Positions 23,099 through 36,000 of a stretch of DNA of 64,000 bases are shown here, in pieces. Origin of the DNA: Octopus bimaculoides (taxonomy: Eukaryota); the NCBI RefSeq assembly GCF_001194135.2, contig NC_068984.1, positions 32,531,397-32,595,396 on the forward strand, given 5' to 3'. The translations under genes were made by a program, and so were the position numbers. Under the pieces are notes generated by a model. It did not search any database, was not told the origin of the DNA, and saw only the letters and a program-made list of their open reading frames with translations. The stretch's first letter is position 1, and each line of letters begins with the position of its first letter.

Positions 23099-24659
23099 TA
23101 TTGTGTATGTGTATGTATGTTTGTGATTATGCTGAGTACCAAATGGTTTTGTAAATTTTACTAACATATTTAATTACTTGTTTCAATTTTACTTGTCTGA
23201 CCTGCTAAAAATAGCAAACTAACCTTCCTAAAAATTGCTCTCTACCACTTCAAAAATGAGTGAGAAATATTAGATGATGCAGTCCCAGATGAACTCTCTC
23301 ACTCCAAAAATGATGGAATAGTCATGGCTGGAATGCCTACAAGCACAGATCTGCTTGATCAGGATTAGCTGGGATTAAATGAATAGTATAAATACAGAGG
23401 ATGGTAGATCTACAAAATCATTAGAGCTTCGAACAAAATATTTTCTGTTATTTTTCCAGTTCTTTATATCCTGAGTTCAAACTATACTGAGTTCAGCTTT
23501 GTCTTTCATCCTTCTGTGGCTGATAAAATATAAAAACAGTCTGTTACTGGGTTTGACAAAATCAGCTGTATTTTTTCCCCCAAAAATTTGATGTCTTGTG
23601 TATATGTAAGAAATCAAAAATATAAGTACTATGAATTAATCCAGTCAACTCCATCTTGAATGGTTCCAAAATCTGGCCTTGTGCCTTGTCAAAAATAATC
23701 AATACTCAACATTGATTTAATCCTGTTTTTATATTACGTTTTTGGCTTACTTTTTGAAAATTTCTATTCAGATATTTTTAAAAATCAATCATCACAACAT
23801 ATTTTAAAGAAAAATAAATCTATGAATAAATATTGGATTTAGGTAAAAATAAATAAACACATAAAATGTTATTTCCTTTTGTATTAAATCTAATATCATT
23901 TATTTGTTAACTTTGTTGATGTATTTATTATTGATATATTTATTAACTTCATTCATATATTTTTGTCGGCATCTAACTTTTTGTGAATATTTGTCGAAAA
24001 TGTCAAATTATTAGACCTTAAAAGTAAGTAAAAACAAACTTAGTTGTTTTTATTACCAATTTGTCTCTGTCCCTGTCTCTCTATCTCTTTCTCTGTTTCT
24101 CTTTGTGTCTGTCTGTCCCCCTGCTCTCTCTCTCACTCTCACACACACATTCTTCTTCTCTCTTTCCATCTCTAATCTGTTATACTCTCTTAGGAAAACC
24201 ACAAGATGGACAACAGGTTAGAATTGTCCCATCAGTTTTACATATTAAGAATTTCCATCTATAATTGTTGTTTGGAATCATTTTCCTCCAGTGAGATTAA
24301 ACCAGATGTCTGTCAAAACAAAATGGACATCATAAATATGTCAAAACACTTTGTTTAAAAACAGTATTCTTTCTTTTATTTATTTATTTGTTTTGGTTCC
24401 TTTTCATCCTTATTTCATTTCTTCCATTTTCCTTCCTTCCATCATCATTCATTTCTGCCTTCCTTTTTGTTTGTTTTCAAGTTTGTGAGAATTTTCTCCC
24501 TGTATGATTCTGTATAAGCGCATATATGTATTTGTATATGTACATGTGTGTGTGTGTGAAAGGGGGATAGGTGGAGGGCGTCTGATTGGAGTAGATGTTT
24601 TACTCTAATAAACGCTTAATTATGTTTTTCAAAATCAATGAACAGTAATTGAATATTAA

Positions 24660-25250
<591 letters not shown>

Positions 25251-25899
25251 TACCAAACACTATCTGATTAGTATTCTTCTGAAAGAATAATAGAATGATA
25301 ACTTGAGAGAGTGAGAAAGAACTTTGAAGTGAGAGAGAGTGCGGGGGGAGGGGGAGAGAAAGGAAGAGATTAATAATGAGAGAAGAAGAAAGAAAGAGAA
25401 AGCTTAAGTAAAGACCACTTAGTTGATTATGGCTGATTATACAAAAGGATCAATAAATAATGGCTGTTTTGAAACCTCTTCAATTAAATATCAATTTAAA
25501 TTTAAATTACAAAAAATAATAATAAAACACACACATATATATACACAAACAAAACTATTGCAAAATAACAGAAAGCAATAATAACAACTGTGAAATCATA
25601 CAACATAAATCTTCACTGCAATAAAATAAAATTATGCTATGCAAATATGTTTAAAATTACTTGTTTGTTGTTATTGTTGCTGTTACTATAAATTTTATTG
25701 TACTTGTGTTTTGTTGCTTTAATATTTTGATTTATTTTCGTTCAATTATAACTCTAAAAGATAGAAAATGTAATCCGCCATAGAAATCAATTGACTAACA
25801 ATCACGTCTAATGATAATCTTTTAAAAAATCTGAACACAAGAAGTTTCATTCTGCAAGAAATAGCAGCTAAATATTCTTGTTTCACCCCAGTATTTTAG

Positions 25900-25935
25900 A
25901 AGATAATGGAGAATGATATTAACTTTGTTGATACA
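25900..25935 (+). pseudogene. Exon candidate KIMENDINFVDT
   Basis: tattttag| acceptor, ACA|gtatga donor; resembles VWTENEIYLGS. Confidence 0.35.
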
Positions 25936-26351
25936 GTATGACTGGAAATTATATAGTATGACTGAAATAAAAATGGTATGGTCATGACTGAGGTGGTTTT
26001 GATCAAAAGTCTGCTTGATCAGAGATGAACTGGTATTAAACAACAAGAGCAAAAAAAAAAAAAAAATATTAGCACAGCTACGATTTAAAAGTATGTTATC
26101 ATATTGATTTCTAGCATAGATACAAGACCTTACACTTAAGGTATAAATGTGATTGAGTATATTACTTCTAGTACTTGAGTTGTCCTTCATTTTAACAGCA
26201 TCGAAGGATGAAGAACAAAATTGATTATGATAGAACCTGACCTTAGAATATAAATCACATTTCAGTTTTATCTCCTGATGAAATGGTTTATTCATCACAT
26301 TTAAATCAATTAATTATGTGCTTTTATATATGATGTAATTATATGAATAAG

Positions 26352-26660
26352 AAGTTTTGTGTTTACACCATTGAAACAGTTGTAGAGCTGAATGAATTTA
26401 CAAAAACATCTGAGGAATCTTTGCTTTTCATTTTTACTGTTCTACATAAAACTGTAAAAGATCATGAGTAAATATTGCGCAACATTTTGTATAAAGTTCT
26501 AGCATTCCTACCAATCACCCATCATGAAGGTACAATTTTCATGTTGAAGATTAAGATTGCAAATTCAGCAAAAGTAAAAGAGCACTATACTAAATTCTTG
26601 CAGCATCTAGTTTCATACTGTTATAAACTAGGAGGTCTTCAAATCCTGTTGGCTATTTAG
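26352..26660 (+). pseudogene. CATSPERE-like segment KFCVYTIETVVELNEFTKTSEESLLFIFTVLHKTVKDHE*ILRNILYKVLAFLPITHHEGTIFML
   Basis: About 100 codons in one frame with a single internal TAA (26469-26471); resembles KFARLVTTTELKNILSLSVTATLTIDRVEY..IAVFL..IFLV; an alternative acceptor lies at 26380. Confidence 0.5.
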
Positions 26661-26669
26661 TGTTATCTT

Positions 26670-26860
26670 TCATCATTCCTCTTTTACTCTTTTACTTGTT
26701 TCAGTCGTTTGACTGTGTCCATGCTGCTTATTCTTTGTAAGCCTAGTACTTATTTTATCATTCTGTTTTGCCGAACCACTAAGTTATGGGGATGTAAACA
26801 CACCAGCATTGGTCGTCAAGCAATGTTGGGGGGGACAAACACAGACACACAAACATGTAC
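26670..26860 (-). mobile_element. SINE family B, 3' half
   Basis: ctcttttactcttttacttgtttcagtc...aagcctagtactt...ccagcattggtcgtcaagcaatgttgg; the same element is at 63725-63950. Confidence 0.8.
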
Positions 26861-27539
26861 ACACACACATACATACATACATATAGCGTGGGTCAGATTC
26901 TTGTTGCCAATTCTCATGTTTTTATGAAGGATTGGAATGTAGGACACTGCTTGTATGATGGTGACACTCATTTACAACTATTTGGCAATGCTATGAAAAC
27001 AAGACAGAAACACATGTGCTTGAATACACATGTAAACACACATTCATGCATACACATACATACACACAGATATTTATGATGAGATTCTTTCAGTTCCTAT
27101 CAATCAAACCCACTCACAAAGCTTTGGTCTGTTTTGGGTTATAGTAAAAGATGCTTACCCAATGTGGTCTACAGTGGGATTTCATGTGGTTTGGAAGCAA
27201 ACTTCTTAATCATTCAACCATGACTGTACCTCTGACATTGCTAGTCTTCTATAAAAAGAAACAGTTAAACTTTGTTTAGGTATACTTTGATGAGGAACAT
27301 TTCAAGTGCAGAATCTTGAGCTTACAAACCAAATGGAGGCTTCAAAATAGTAGCAGCAGAGAGGGGGTTGGCCAAAATCATGAAAGCATAGGATAAAACA
27401 GCTTATAGTATTTACGTCTCATTACATCCTAAGTTCAAATTTTTCTGAGGTCAAAATATTTCATCCACCCTGTTTCAATGAGATAATTACTGATGATGCA
27501 CTAATTTTGATTTAAACTAGTACCCTCTTTATGTGTGAA

Positions 27540-27760
27540 AGCATATGGCCTAATCAAGATGGTTTTGGGCTCATGATCATAAAGTTGTAGGTTTAATTCC
27601 TGAACTGGGAAGTGCATTATTCTTAAGAAAAGCACTTCATTTATCACGTTCTAGTCTTCTCAGCCAAACATGAATACTTGCCAAGTACTGATGCAGACTG
27701 CTCTCCCTCTAGCAGTTACATCCTTGATGTTCTACTGGGCTAAAGATGGAAAAGACAAGA
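27540..27760 (+). mobile_element. Diverged tRNA-derived SINE, third family
   Basis: gcatatggcctaatc..ctcatgatcataaagttgtaggtttaattcctg..ttcttaagaaaagcacttcatt layout. Confidence 0.45.
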
Positions 27761-29179
27761 GGGTGCCTCTATCTTCTCATGCTACATTGTCACCTAAAAT
27801 ACAGTTAGTACATGCATGGTACATGCATCGAATTTATTTGTGACTGCTTTAGTTTTGTAGATTTTCCCCCTTTATGTTGAAATTTGTTGGTCCGCTATCA
27901 ATCTTAGAAAACATTATTCTTATCCGTAACAGGCTAAGAAATGACCTAAAGGTTGACAAGGCCTATTAGATCCAAAGATAATTTTTGAGTTTGAGCCATC
28001 TACATTTGTTATATCAAGCGGATGTGGAATTTTATACATGGTCTTTCAGCCTGCTTGAAATAACATTCAAATCTCCCTAATAATATAGATTAACAACTTT
28101 GAGGAAAGGGTATATTAGGAAATGAATTTTTAATACACTGTGTGTGAAAAAAGTTGAGATGGTCATCAATTTGATACCTCTAATCATAGAGCTGATGGAT
28201 CAAGGGTTACATGAGACTAAATAATGACTTCTTTATTTTTAATATCATATATATTAGTGACAAGTCTGTTTCATTGGCAACTAAATGATCCAATGATGTG
28301 GCCTATTGCCCAGCTAGATATAACAACCACATCTTCCTCAGATCATACCTTATCTTTAAAAAGAAGAACCTGTTGGATAATATAGCCTTGGGTTCATTGT
28401 ACCAAGAGAAAAAGAGTGAGAAGCCTTCATATGGTCAGTCAACCAGCTGTGAAATCTCATCAAATTTCAGCCTACTTTCTAAACAAAGAAGGGAACATTA
28501 GATTATATTGGGTTCATTGTACATAGGAAAAAGACTGGGTGGCCATGGCTGGAAAACTATCACAAGTCCATTTATCCAAGGTTGATCAGGTTCTAAACAA
28601 GCACAGCACTAGCAAAATGAGACATGGTTAAGGCGAGAATACCTTCTGTCATAAGTTTCCTCCATCAGAGTTGGCCTAGGGCTAAACAATAACAGAGATG
28701 GAGAATTAGTAAATACGGAAAACAGCAAATAAACTATTATATAATAAAAGTATAGCGTCTGCTTCATCTGTAAACTCGGATCATCTGAGATTCAGATTTT
28801 GTTGCTAAAGTGTCAGCGTTGAACACCTTCAAGTCCATGCTTGATAGAACTTGGCAAGGCTTGCAGGTTCACCATATATATACCTACACTTCCCCTCTCT
28901 GCACAAAACACAGTAAATTGAATTATAAATTTGATAGTCAAGACCATTAAACTAGCTTCTGGCGAAAGCCAAAATTTCTTCACCGGATGTTGTATTATAT
29001 TTGTGTTATTATATTATTATGGAAAACATTTCTTCTTAGTTCTGTTGGAAGGATTCCAGTTGATAGGATGGGTTCCACATTCATAGACTTTGCTATAGTT
29101 ACGAAACACCATCTACACCTTCTTCCTTCCTCTCCATCTCGTCTCACACAGTGTATAGATGTCAAATTTAATAGAAAAT

Positions 29180-30083
29180 GATTGCTTAAGACACTGATAT
29201 TAACAATGATGATGATGGTGATTATGGTTGTAGCAATGGTAATGATTATGGTGGTGATGGTTATTGTTGTGGTGGTCGTAGTGGTACTGGTAATGAGGAT
29301 GGCAGTTATTGTTAGTAGTAGTAGTAGTAGTAGTAGTAGTAGCAGCAGCAGTTGTGAATATTATAATGATTGCAATGATACTGATGAGGATGATGAAAAC
29401 GAGCTGCTTGTGTTAGCATTGACAATGACTGTGATGGTGAGGAAGATGATGAGGTAAGTAGCAGTGCTTATGACATCACTGACGTGGGGTGTGGTGCTGG
29501 GTGTAGAGGTAATGAGGTCTGTGATGATGATGATGGTGATGTCGGGGAAATGGTTAGGAATAACAACAGACAGCATCGTCAACAACAATCATAACAAATT
29601 ATGATAGTTGCAAGGAGTGAGGTGATGTAGCTGATGATGATGATGCTAATAAAGAGAAAGAGGAAGTGGGAGGTTGAAAAGGAGAAAGAGGAGGAAGAGT
29701 AGGAGGGCAAAGTTTGTTGTATTGGGAGTGTTGGCATTTGTGAATAAGGATGATGATGGAGAATATAACGGCAGTAATTAGTAGACTTGTTGGTATTGAA
29801 AGTGGTGTCGGTGTTATTTGGGTGGATAATAATAGTGGTGCTGCCAAGAAAATTATCAACAAGAACAGCAAAAAACAACAACAACAACAGCAACAACAAT
29901 AATTGTGTTTGTGTCACTGTGGCTACTACTGCTTTTGCTGTTGCAGATGACCATGATCATCATCATCAATGTAAGCAGTGGTGGACTTCAAAATATTGAT
30001 ACTGATTTCAATATTCATGATGGTGATGCTGTTGATGCTGCTTCTACTTTTGTTGTTCTAGATGATGTTGCTTCTGTTGTTCT

Positions 30084-30117
<34 letters not shown>

Positions 30118-30130
30118 TATGTCTTTCTTG
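29180..30130. repeat. Mosaic trinucleotide low-complexity region ((GAT)n, (GGT)n, (TAG)n, (CAA)n)
   Basis: Direct; produces the homopolymeric ORFs. Confidence 0.9.
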
Positions 30131-30528
30131 CTGTATGCATGCCAAAGTTATTCTCTTCAGACTTTCCTTTATTAATTTATTAAAAGTAAATAAATCTGGA
30201 GTAAGAAGAACTAGAAAGAGATAGAAACAAGAATCAGTCAACACAATGATTGTGATACCAGTAATTGGTGTGTGATGAATTTACTACTGGTGTAACAATA
30301 AGTATGATGTATGATAGTCACAGGGGAACTGAGTTGACGAGTTTGATATGAATGATTGCCGTGAGAATTGAAAAATCTAATACTTTTGATCGTTGCTGTT
30401 TATTTGAAGAAATTGTAAGGGAAAGCAATGTTGTTTCTTTAGTTGTAGACAAGTGGGGAATCAATTGATGCGAAGGAATGCTGTGGGGTTTGAAGTAGTG
30501 AGTGACAGGAGAAGACTGAGAGAGAGAG

Positions 30529-30569
<41 letters not shown>

Positions 30570-30767
30570 AAACAGAGAGAGAGAGAGGGAGAGAGAAAGA
30601 AAACAGAGAGAGAGAGAGGGAGGAAGGGAAAGTTAACAAGGGAGTGAGAAATGGTGTGAAATTAAGATAAATAAAAAGGCAGCTAAAAATGGGGTGTTCT
30701 CCGGTGGTTACTTACTGCGAGAGAAATAAGATGATACATGGAATATATATAAATATATATTTCTGTC

Positions 30768-30933
30768 AAAATACGTGACACTTATTCAGTAGCCATGATA
30801 AAACTCCGAGTTTCAGATGCCGGGGTGGGTACCCACACCAACATCACTTCAGTTATCCAGCCATTGGGTTCCCACCCCGGCATCCGAAACTAGGAGTTTT
30901 ATCATGGCTACCTAATAAGTGTCACATATTTTT
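30768..30933. mobile_element. Hairpin MITE with about 70-bp arms
   Basis: gtgacacttatt..gtagccatgataaaactcc..gatgccggggtggg versus cccaccccggcatc..ggagttttatcatggctac..aataagtgtcac; TA at both ends. Confidence 0.85.
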
Positions 30934-30997
30934 ACAAATAAATTCCTCTATTTACATAATATCGAGGTCTCTTTCTTTCTTTTGTTGTCCTTTCTAT

Positions 30998-31054
<57 letters not shown>

Positions 31055-31834
31055 GGCAATTGCGTTTTTTATTGTTTATTTGTGTTTCTCTACATATTGT
31101 GAATATCTTAAAATTTTCAGTCTTTGGTAATTATGTATAGAACCATTTCATTCTTATTAGAATTTATCAGTCTGAGAGGAAAAATAGAAGGAACCAGGCA
31201 GAAGGAGAGGATAATGTTCATGTGGTAAAGGAAAGAAAATGGAGATAAACAAGAGTAGGATATAAAGACTAACATATCCAGAATGCTATTGCAAGTAAAA
31301 GGCAGATGTAGATTTCTTCATTTACAATCAGTAGTGGTGATCTCAAGAGTGGAATGGGTATGGTTAGAATGTGTTTGTGAATGGGACACCAAATGAACTA
31401 AGATGGAAGAAGCTAAGAACTGGATAGGGAAGTGAGAGCAGTAGCTGAATCAAGAGCTATAGGTAGGAGGTCATCCATAAATATTCTTAATTTAGAATGA
31501 TTGGAAGGTAGGCTTAAAGCATTAAACAGTCATTCTAAGAGGTATTCATTTAAACGCACACAAACGTATATTTGTCTGGAGATATACATACAGACTTGTA
31601 TATAGGAGCCTATGTACACATGCAATGTTTTCATCACATTGACCTAAATTGGTTGTTACTAAAGAAGCAAAATAGTTGACACTTCAGAGATGAGGTTGGA
31701 AAAAGCAATGGGGGTGGAAGGCAGAACCATATGCTCATCCTGTACAGATCAGATATTCAAGAGATAATCAGGGACCAGTCACATAACTGTCTCATCCACA
31801 CACACATACACACACTTACATGCAAGACATGTAC

Positions 31835-31866
<32 letters not shown>

Positions 31867-32541
31867 NNNNNNNNNNNNNNNNNNNNNNNNNNNNNNNNNN
31901 NNNNNNNNNNNNNNNNNNNNNNNNNNNNNNNNNNNNNNNNNNNNNNNNNNNNNNNNNNNNNNNNNNNNNNNNNNNNNNNNNNNNNNNNNNNNNNNNNNNN
32001 NNNNNNNNNNNNNNNNNNNNNNNNNNNNNNNNNNNNNNNNNNNNNNNNNNNNNNNNNNNNNNNNNNNNNGGCACACAGTGGGACTGAAACAGATCGTATG
32101 GTTGGAAAACAAGCTTTTTGACCACATCTTGGAGATAGGCAGAATGTAAACTAGTGATATCTTATCCTTGATAATAGAGATAAATAGACAGGGCAATAAA
32201 GATTTAATTAATTCAACAAAACAGAAAATTAATTCAACAAAACAGAAAATTAATTCAACAAAACAGAAAATTAATTTGACTTTTCTGAGCATCATGGCTT
32301 GTAGGTATCACAGCTTCAATAAACATAATGAATAATCCTATTGATGATGAGGATAAGAATGATTTGTATGAGCTACTAAACTGATAAGGAAGACGATTAT
32401 TATTGTTGTTATTATTATCATTAATACTGCTCAAGATGGTTTCAGACCTTTTCTGACTCCTCTACATATCCTCATCCAATCTCGTTAACAATATCCAAAG
32501 AATTGCAAGCAATGAATGACACCCTGTATATGTATTTTCAG

Positions 32542-32637
32542 TTTGCAGCATGGACATACATGAAACATATTTCTGTTTACCCTTACTTTGTTGATACAGC
32601 AGAACTAATAGGACTGATGCCCATTGGGGATAGATTA
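32542..32637 (+). pseudogene. CATSPERE-like exon FAAWTYMKHISVYPYFVDTAELIGLMPIGDRL
   Basis: tattttcag| acceptor, TTA|gtaaac donor, phase 0-0; resembles W...SVTMPHFTFSALPGLL. Confidence 0.55.
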
Positions 32638-32696
32638 GTAAACAATTGTTATATTTTAATGCTAGGGCTTTCCTGTATGTTAGTTCTTTTCCTTAG

Positions 32697-32785
32697 TATG
32701 TTTTGCATATCTCAGATGTCACCTTGTGGGCAGGTTCCAACCACATTGGTTATATCACCAACATAACAAGAGTATATTGCTTCAG
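32697..32785 (+). pseudogene. CATSPERE-like exon YVLHISDVTLWAGSNHIGYITNITRVYCF(R)
   Basis: ttcttttccttag| acceptor, CAG|gtatgg donor; resembles LLWNKHSIYYCYHNFT with the N-x-T sequon retained. Confidence 0.55.
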
Positions 32786-33707
32786 GTATGGCTGTCTCTC
32801 TTAGGTAGAATTTGAATTATTTATTCCACTGATACAGTGAAAACATTGACTACATATCTCCCAGTGCCAACACCAATGTCACAACATTGGTTTTGATTAA
32901 TACATTGTGTACAACTGTCTCTACGCAGCTGTTAATGTATTGCAAATTGATACCAATGTATTTATTGTGATCATTTTCAAATATTTTCACATATACATAG
33001 TTTGTATAATGCAGCTAAAAGGATTCTGTGACTTTACTTGAGTTGAATACAAAATGTTATTACAGCATAGTAATACTAGCTTTTTGTCAATGCTACTAAC
33101 AGTTGAAAGCATTCTTTTTATTTCTTCTTCCTTGAAATCCTACTTTTGTTCCCAAGTACATTGTCTCGGACTCATTAAACAATTCTTTGTAAAGGATTTT
33201 GGAGAAATCCATTTATAGTTTGTACATAGCACAACTATTTCAACAAATTGATTCTGGTCATTGAGAAGGACAATCCTAACACACCAGGTATCAAACTAGA
33301 AATGTAAAACCTGATAACAAATATAGAACCACAAAAATACTTTGATTGAAAAATTGTGCCTGTGAAAGCTTGAAGATAATGTAAAGCTCTGAAAAATATA
33401 GAAAGTATTCAGATAAACCAAACAGTTGGAAGGTAAATAGTAAACATGGTCAGTTATTGATGAATTTGTTATAAGAAAGAACTTTTGGGCTTCTAGAGCC
33501 AAAGTTTGACAGCACAAAATTTAGATATGAAGAAAAGTAGCACAATTTTTTCTCCTTACAATGAAAAACACAATTTAGTAAAAAGCCATAATGATGTAGA
33601 AGGATGTATTCTTTGTTTTCCTGCTATTTTGGAATGAGTCGCACAAGAGTTTTCTGTTATGAATAACCTGTAGTTAAAAGAGGCTTTATGGTAAAATTTA
33701 TATTCAG

Positions 33708-33845
33708 AAGAATTTTATTGACTGAAATAAATATCCCACAAAACTACTTTAAATTTTTTGACAAAATTAACAATGACAATGAATTTCTTAATGAGGCATT
33801 TCAAGAGGGAAAGATATTGGCAACTGAAGATGGCAATAAACTCAT
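33708..33845 (+). pseudogene. CATSPERE-like exon RILLTEINIPQNYFKFFDKINNDNEFLNEAFQEGKILATEDGNKL
   Basis: tatattcag| acceptor in phase 2 fits the previous exon; open frame; resembles GILQTP...SNDSIIHEVFIDYYGDILVKMENN. Confidence 0.6.
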
Positions 33846-33897
33846 GTTAAGTTTAATTTATTTTTAAACACCACTGATAATATTTTGCTTACTTGAG

Positions 33898-34025
33898 CTT
33901 TCAAGGAAAGAATAGTTACTTTGCACACCATTTGATCCTTATCTCTTTCTCTCAGCTGCTTACTGTAAATGATAATACTAGATTATATGCCTCACTAACT
34001 CACATGTACCACTACATCAACACTT
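33898..34025 (+). pseudogene. CATSPERE-like exon (I)FQGKNSYFAHHLILISFSQLLTVNDNTRLYASLTHMYHYINT
   Basis: Donor T|gtaagg; several possible acceptors (33898, 33906, 33956); resembles IFYSK...TNYTTRAFIFLS. Confidence 0.45.
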
Positions 34026-34240
34026 GTAAGGAACTGCCTTCGTATAAAATGAAAGCATACAATTGAATTAGTATATTAGCAATAAAATACTTCCCAGAAT
34101 CCTTGGTTGGTAGGAAGAGGAAGTTAGCTGTATCTTAACTTAAAACTAACCCAAATGCTGCAATTCCTAAGATCTTGTGTGATATTCACAGTTCATGAGT
34201 TCAACTCTGAAAATTATGATAAACCTCTATGCATGTGCAT

Positions 34241-34293
<53 letters not shown>

Positions 34294-34564
34294 TCATGCA
34301 TTTGTGTTTGAATGTGCTTGTGTATATGCATGCATGCACATAAATGATTACATAAAGATATGCATTTATATCAATACTTGGTTTAATGATCTGTTTCAAT
34401 GATTACAAAAATAAACATTTACAAGTTAATTGTGGAAAAATAAATACTAAATTGAATGGTATACCATTGGTAATTACATAAGCAGTTGCATTCTATGCAA
34501 ATATAGTCATGTATTTCCATACATATTAAACAATTCATATTTATGCATTACATATGTACAATAC

Positions 34565-34957
34565 TTACTACCTCCGCCAAAGAAGGAGGTTATGTTTTCA
34601 TCAGTGTTGGTTTGTCCGTCTGTGTGCAAAATAACTCAAAAAGTTGTGAACAGTTATTAATGAAACTTTCAGAAAAAGTTGGTAATGACCCAAGAAACAG
34701 ATGATGAAATTTTGGTAGTGATCCGGGAAGTTTTATGGATTCTTGAAGGAGTTTTCATTTGTTATATTTACTTTACATGAAGTATTACGTTACGTTCTTT
34801 GATTATCTCCCTTGAATAACACGTTCAATGTTTCCACGTAGCGTATGGTGGCGTTGCTATTTCAAAAGTTTATTTTCGTTTCTCTATTAGTAATTTTACT
34901 CGCGTATCTATCTTAAAATGAACTTGGTGGAGGTCTGCACTCTCTGAGTGCTTTTCT
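34565..34957 (+). mobile_element. Helentron-associated non-autonomous element (HINE/DINE-like)
   Basis: 5' subTIR cctccgccaa, 3' subTIR ttggtggagg, 3' hairpin gcactc-tct-gagtgc, internal gtttgtccgtctgtgtg; T-rich ends. Confidence 0.8.
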
Positions 34958-35059
34958 ATTTTATATTATATTACAAGACATTTCTGCATGAATAAATGTA
35001 AAACTCAAAAAATTTCAATGTAGAAGATAAAGGAAATGTTCTATGGCTTTCTGAATGTC

Positions 35060-35340
35060 CTCCTGCTACTCTTTCTGTCATTTTGAACCCTTCTTGTTTC
35101 CCCTATTTTCATATATCGATTCTAATGTACATTATGCCATACTTACAAGGTTAGCAACATATTACCAATTTTCAAGGTTCTTTGTCATGTACTTCATGAA
35201 GTGCAATATCTTGAGATCACTCAAAATATCTTTGGCCCATGTCTTCTTTGGTCTTCATACAAAACATAAGTCTCATCTATTTCGAGTTCCTGGTAATTCT
35301 AAAGAAGGCAAGGGAAAATCAACAATTGCTTCTCTTCCAT
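35060..35340 (-). mobile_element. RTE-like LINE ORF2 C-terminal remnant
   Basis: RPKKTWAKDILSDLKIL..MT.N.ENW on the minus strand. Confidence 0.6.
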
Positions 35341-35711
35341 TTTGAGCAGTCCTCTAAAATTATTAATAAATTGTGGTTAAAATTTGTTCCAAATGTTTAC
35401 CATATTTTCACCATTACTTCCTTCCAGCTTCATTTCAAATTTTCCTGGTGCCTATAAAATTGAATGATTTCCAAAATTCTGCTTGTGATGGATCCCCTTC
35501 CAAATTCATGCTAAAGATAATTCTCTTTAAATAATGCAATGAAGTTTTGATCCATTTGTTTGCAAAAGTAACATAGTATTTGACAATGTAAACATTACTA
35601 TAACCTTTAGATAGTGATTTTATAGAGACTGCAGATGATAAGATGCATTATCTTTAATCAGAAACGCATGAAACAAAAAATATTTGATTTCACCATATTT
35701 TCTTACCTCAG

Positions 35712-35745
35712 ATACAAAGAGATGCAAAATCAATCTTGACATAGA
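35712..35745 (+). pseudogene. Exon candidate (Y)TKRCKINLDI
   Basis: Strong ttttcttacctcag| acceptor, weak donor; resembles FTTKDKCP. Confidence 0.3.
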
Positions 35746-35827
35746 GTAGTAATAACTCAAGCATTTTAAATTGCTTTCTGTATAATTAGAATTATAGCTT
35801 TTAAAAGGTTTCTAAGTGGTGTTAGAG

Positions 35828-35955
35828 TTTTGACACAACGTATAAGCATTGGACCTCCAGTCATATTACCTCAAAACAAGGTTTGATTTCTTTAAAGCCT
35901 GAAAACGATTATGTTTGTTTGGAAATATACCTTCTTGTTCACATAATTTTCACAA
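35828..35955 (+). pseudogene. CATSPERE-like segment FDTTYKHWTSSHITSKQGLISLKPENDYVCLEIY
   Basis: Open frame; resembles LDKGEALTVWTQIVYPENTGLYVIVESY; boundaries uncertain. Confidence 0.5.
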
Positions 35956-36000
35956 GTAGATGCTTTTGTCTGCATCAACAATTTGTGAATGTGTCTACCC

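Noticed and set aside
24194-24216. 23-nt micro-exon GKPQDGQQ with good splice sites
   Set aside because: Too short to support; could be real but cannot be placed
25822-26298. 158-aa minus-strand ORF
   Set aside because: No recognisable motif, crosses a poly-A run, and lies antisense to a + strand exon candidate; likely chance
32208-32275. 21-bp and 22-bp direct repeats (also 59889-59962) as CRISPR-like arrays
   Set aside because: Head-to-tail with no spacers, eukaryotic context, no cas genes
35055-35345. 96-aa + strand ORF
   Set aside because: Antisense shadow of an RTE remnant
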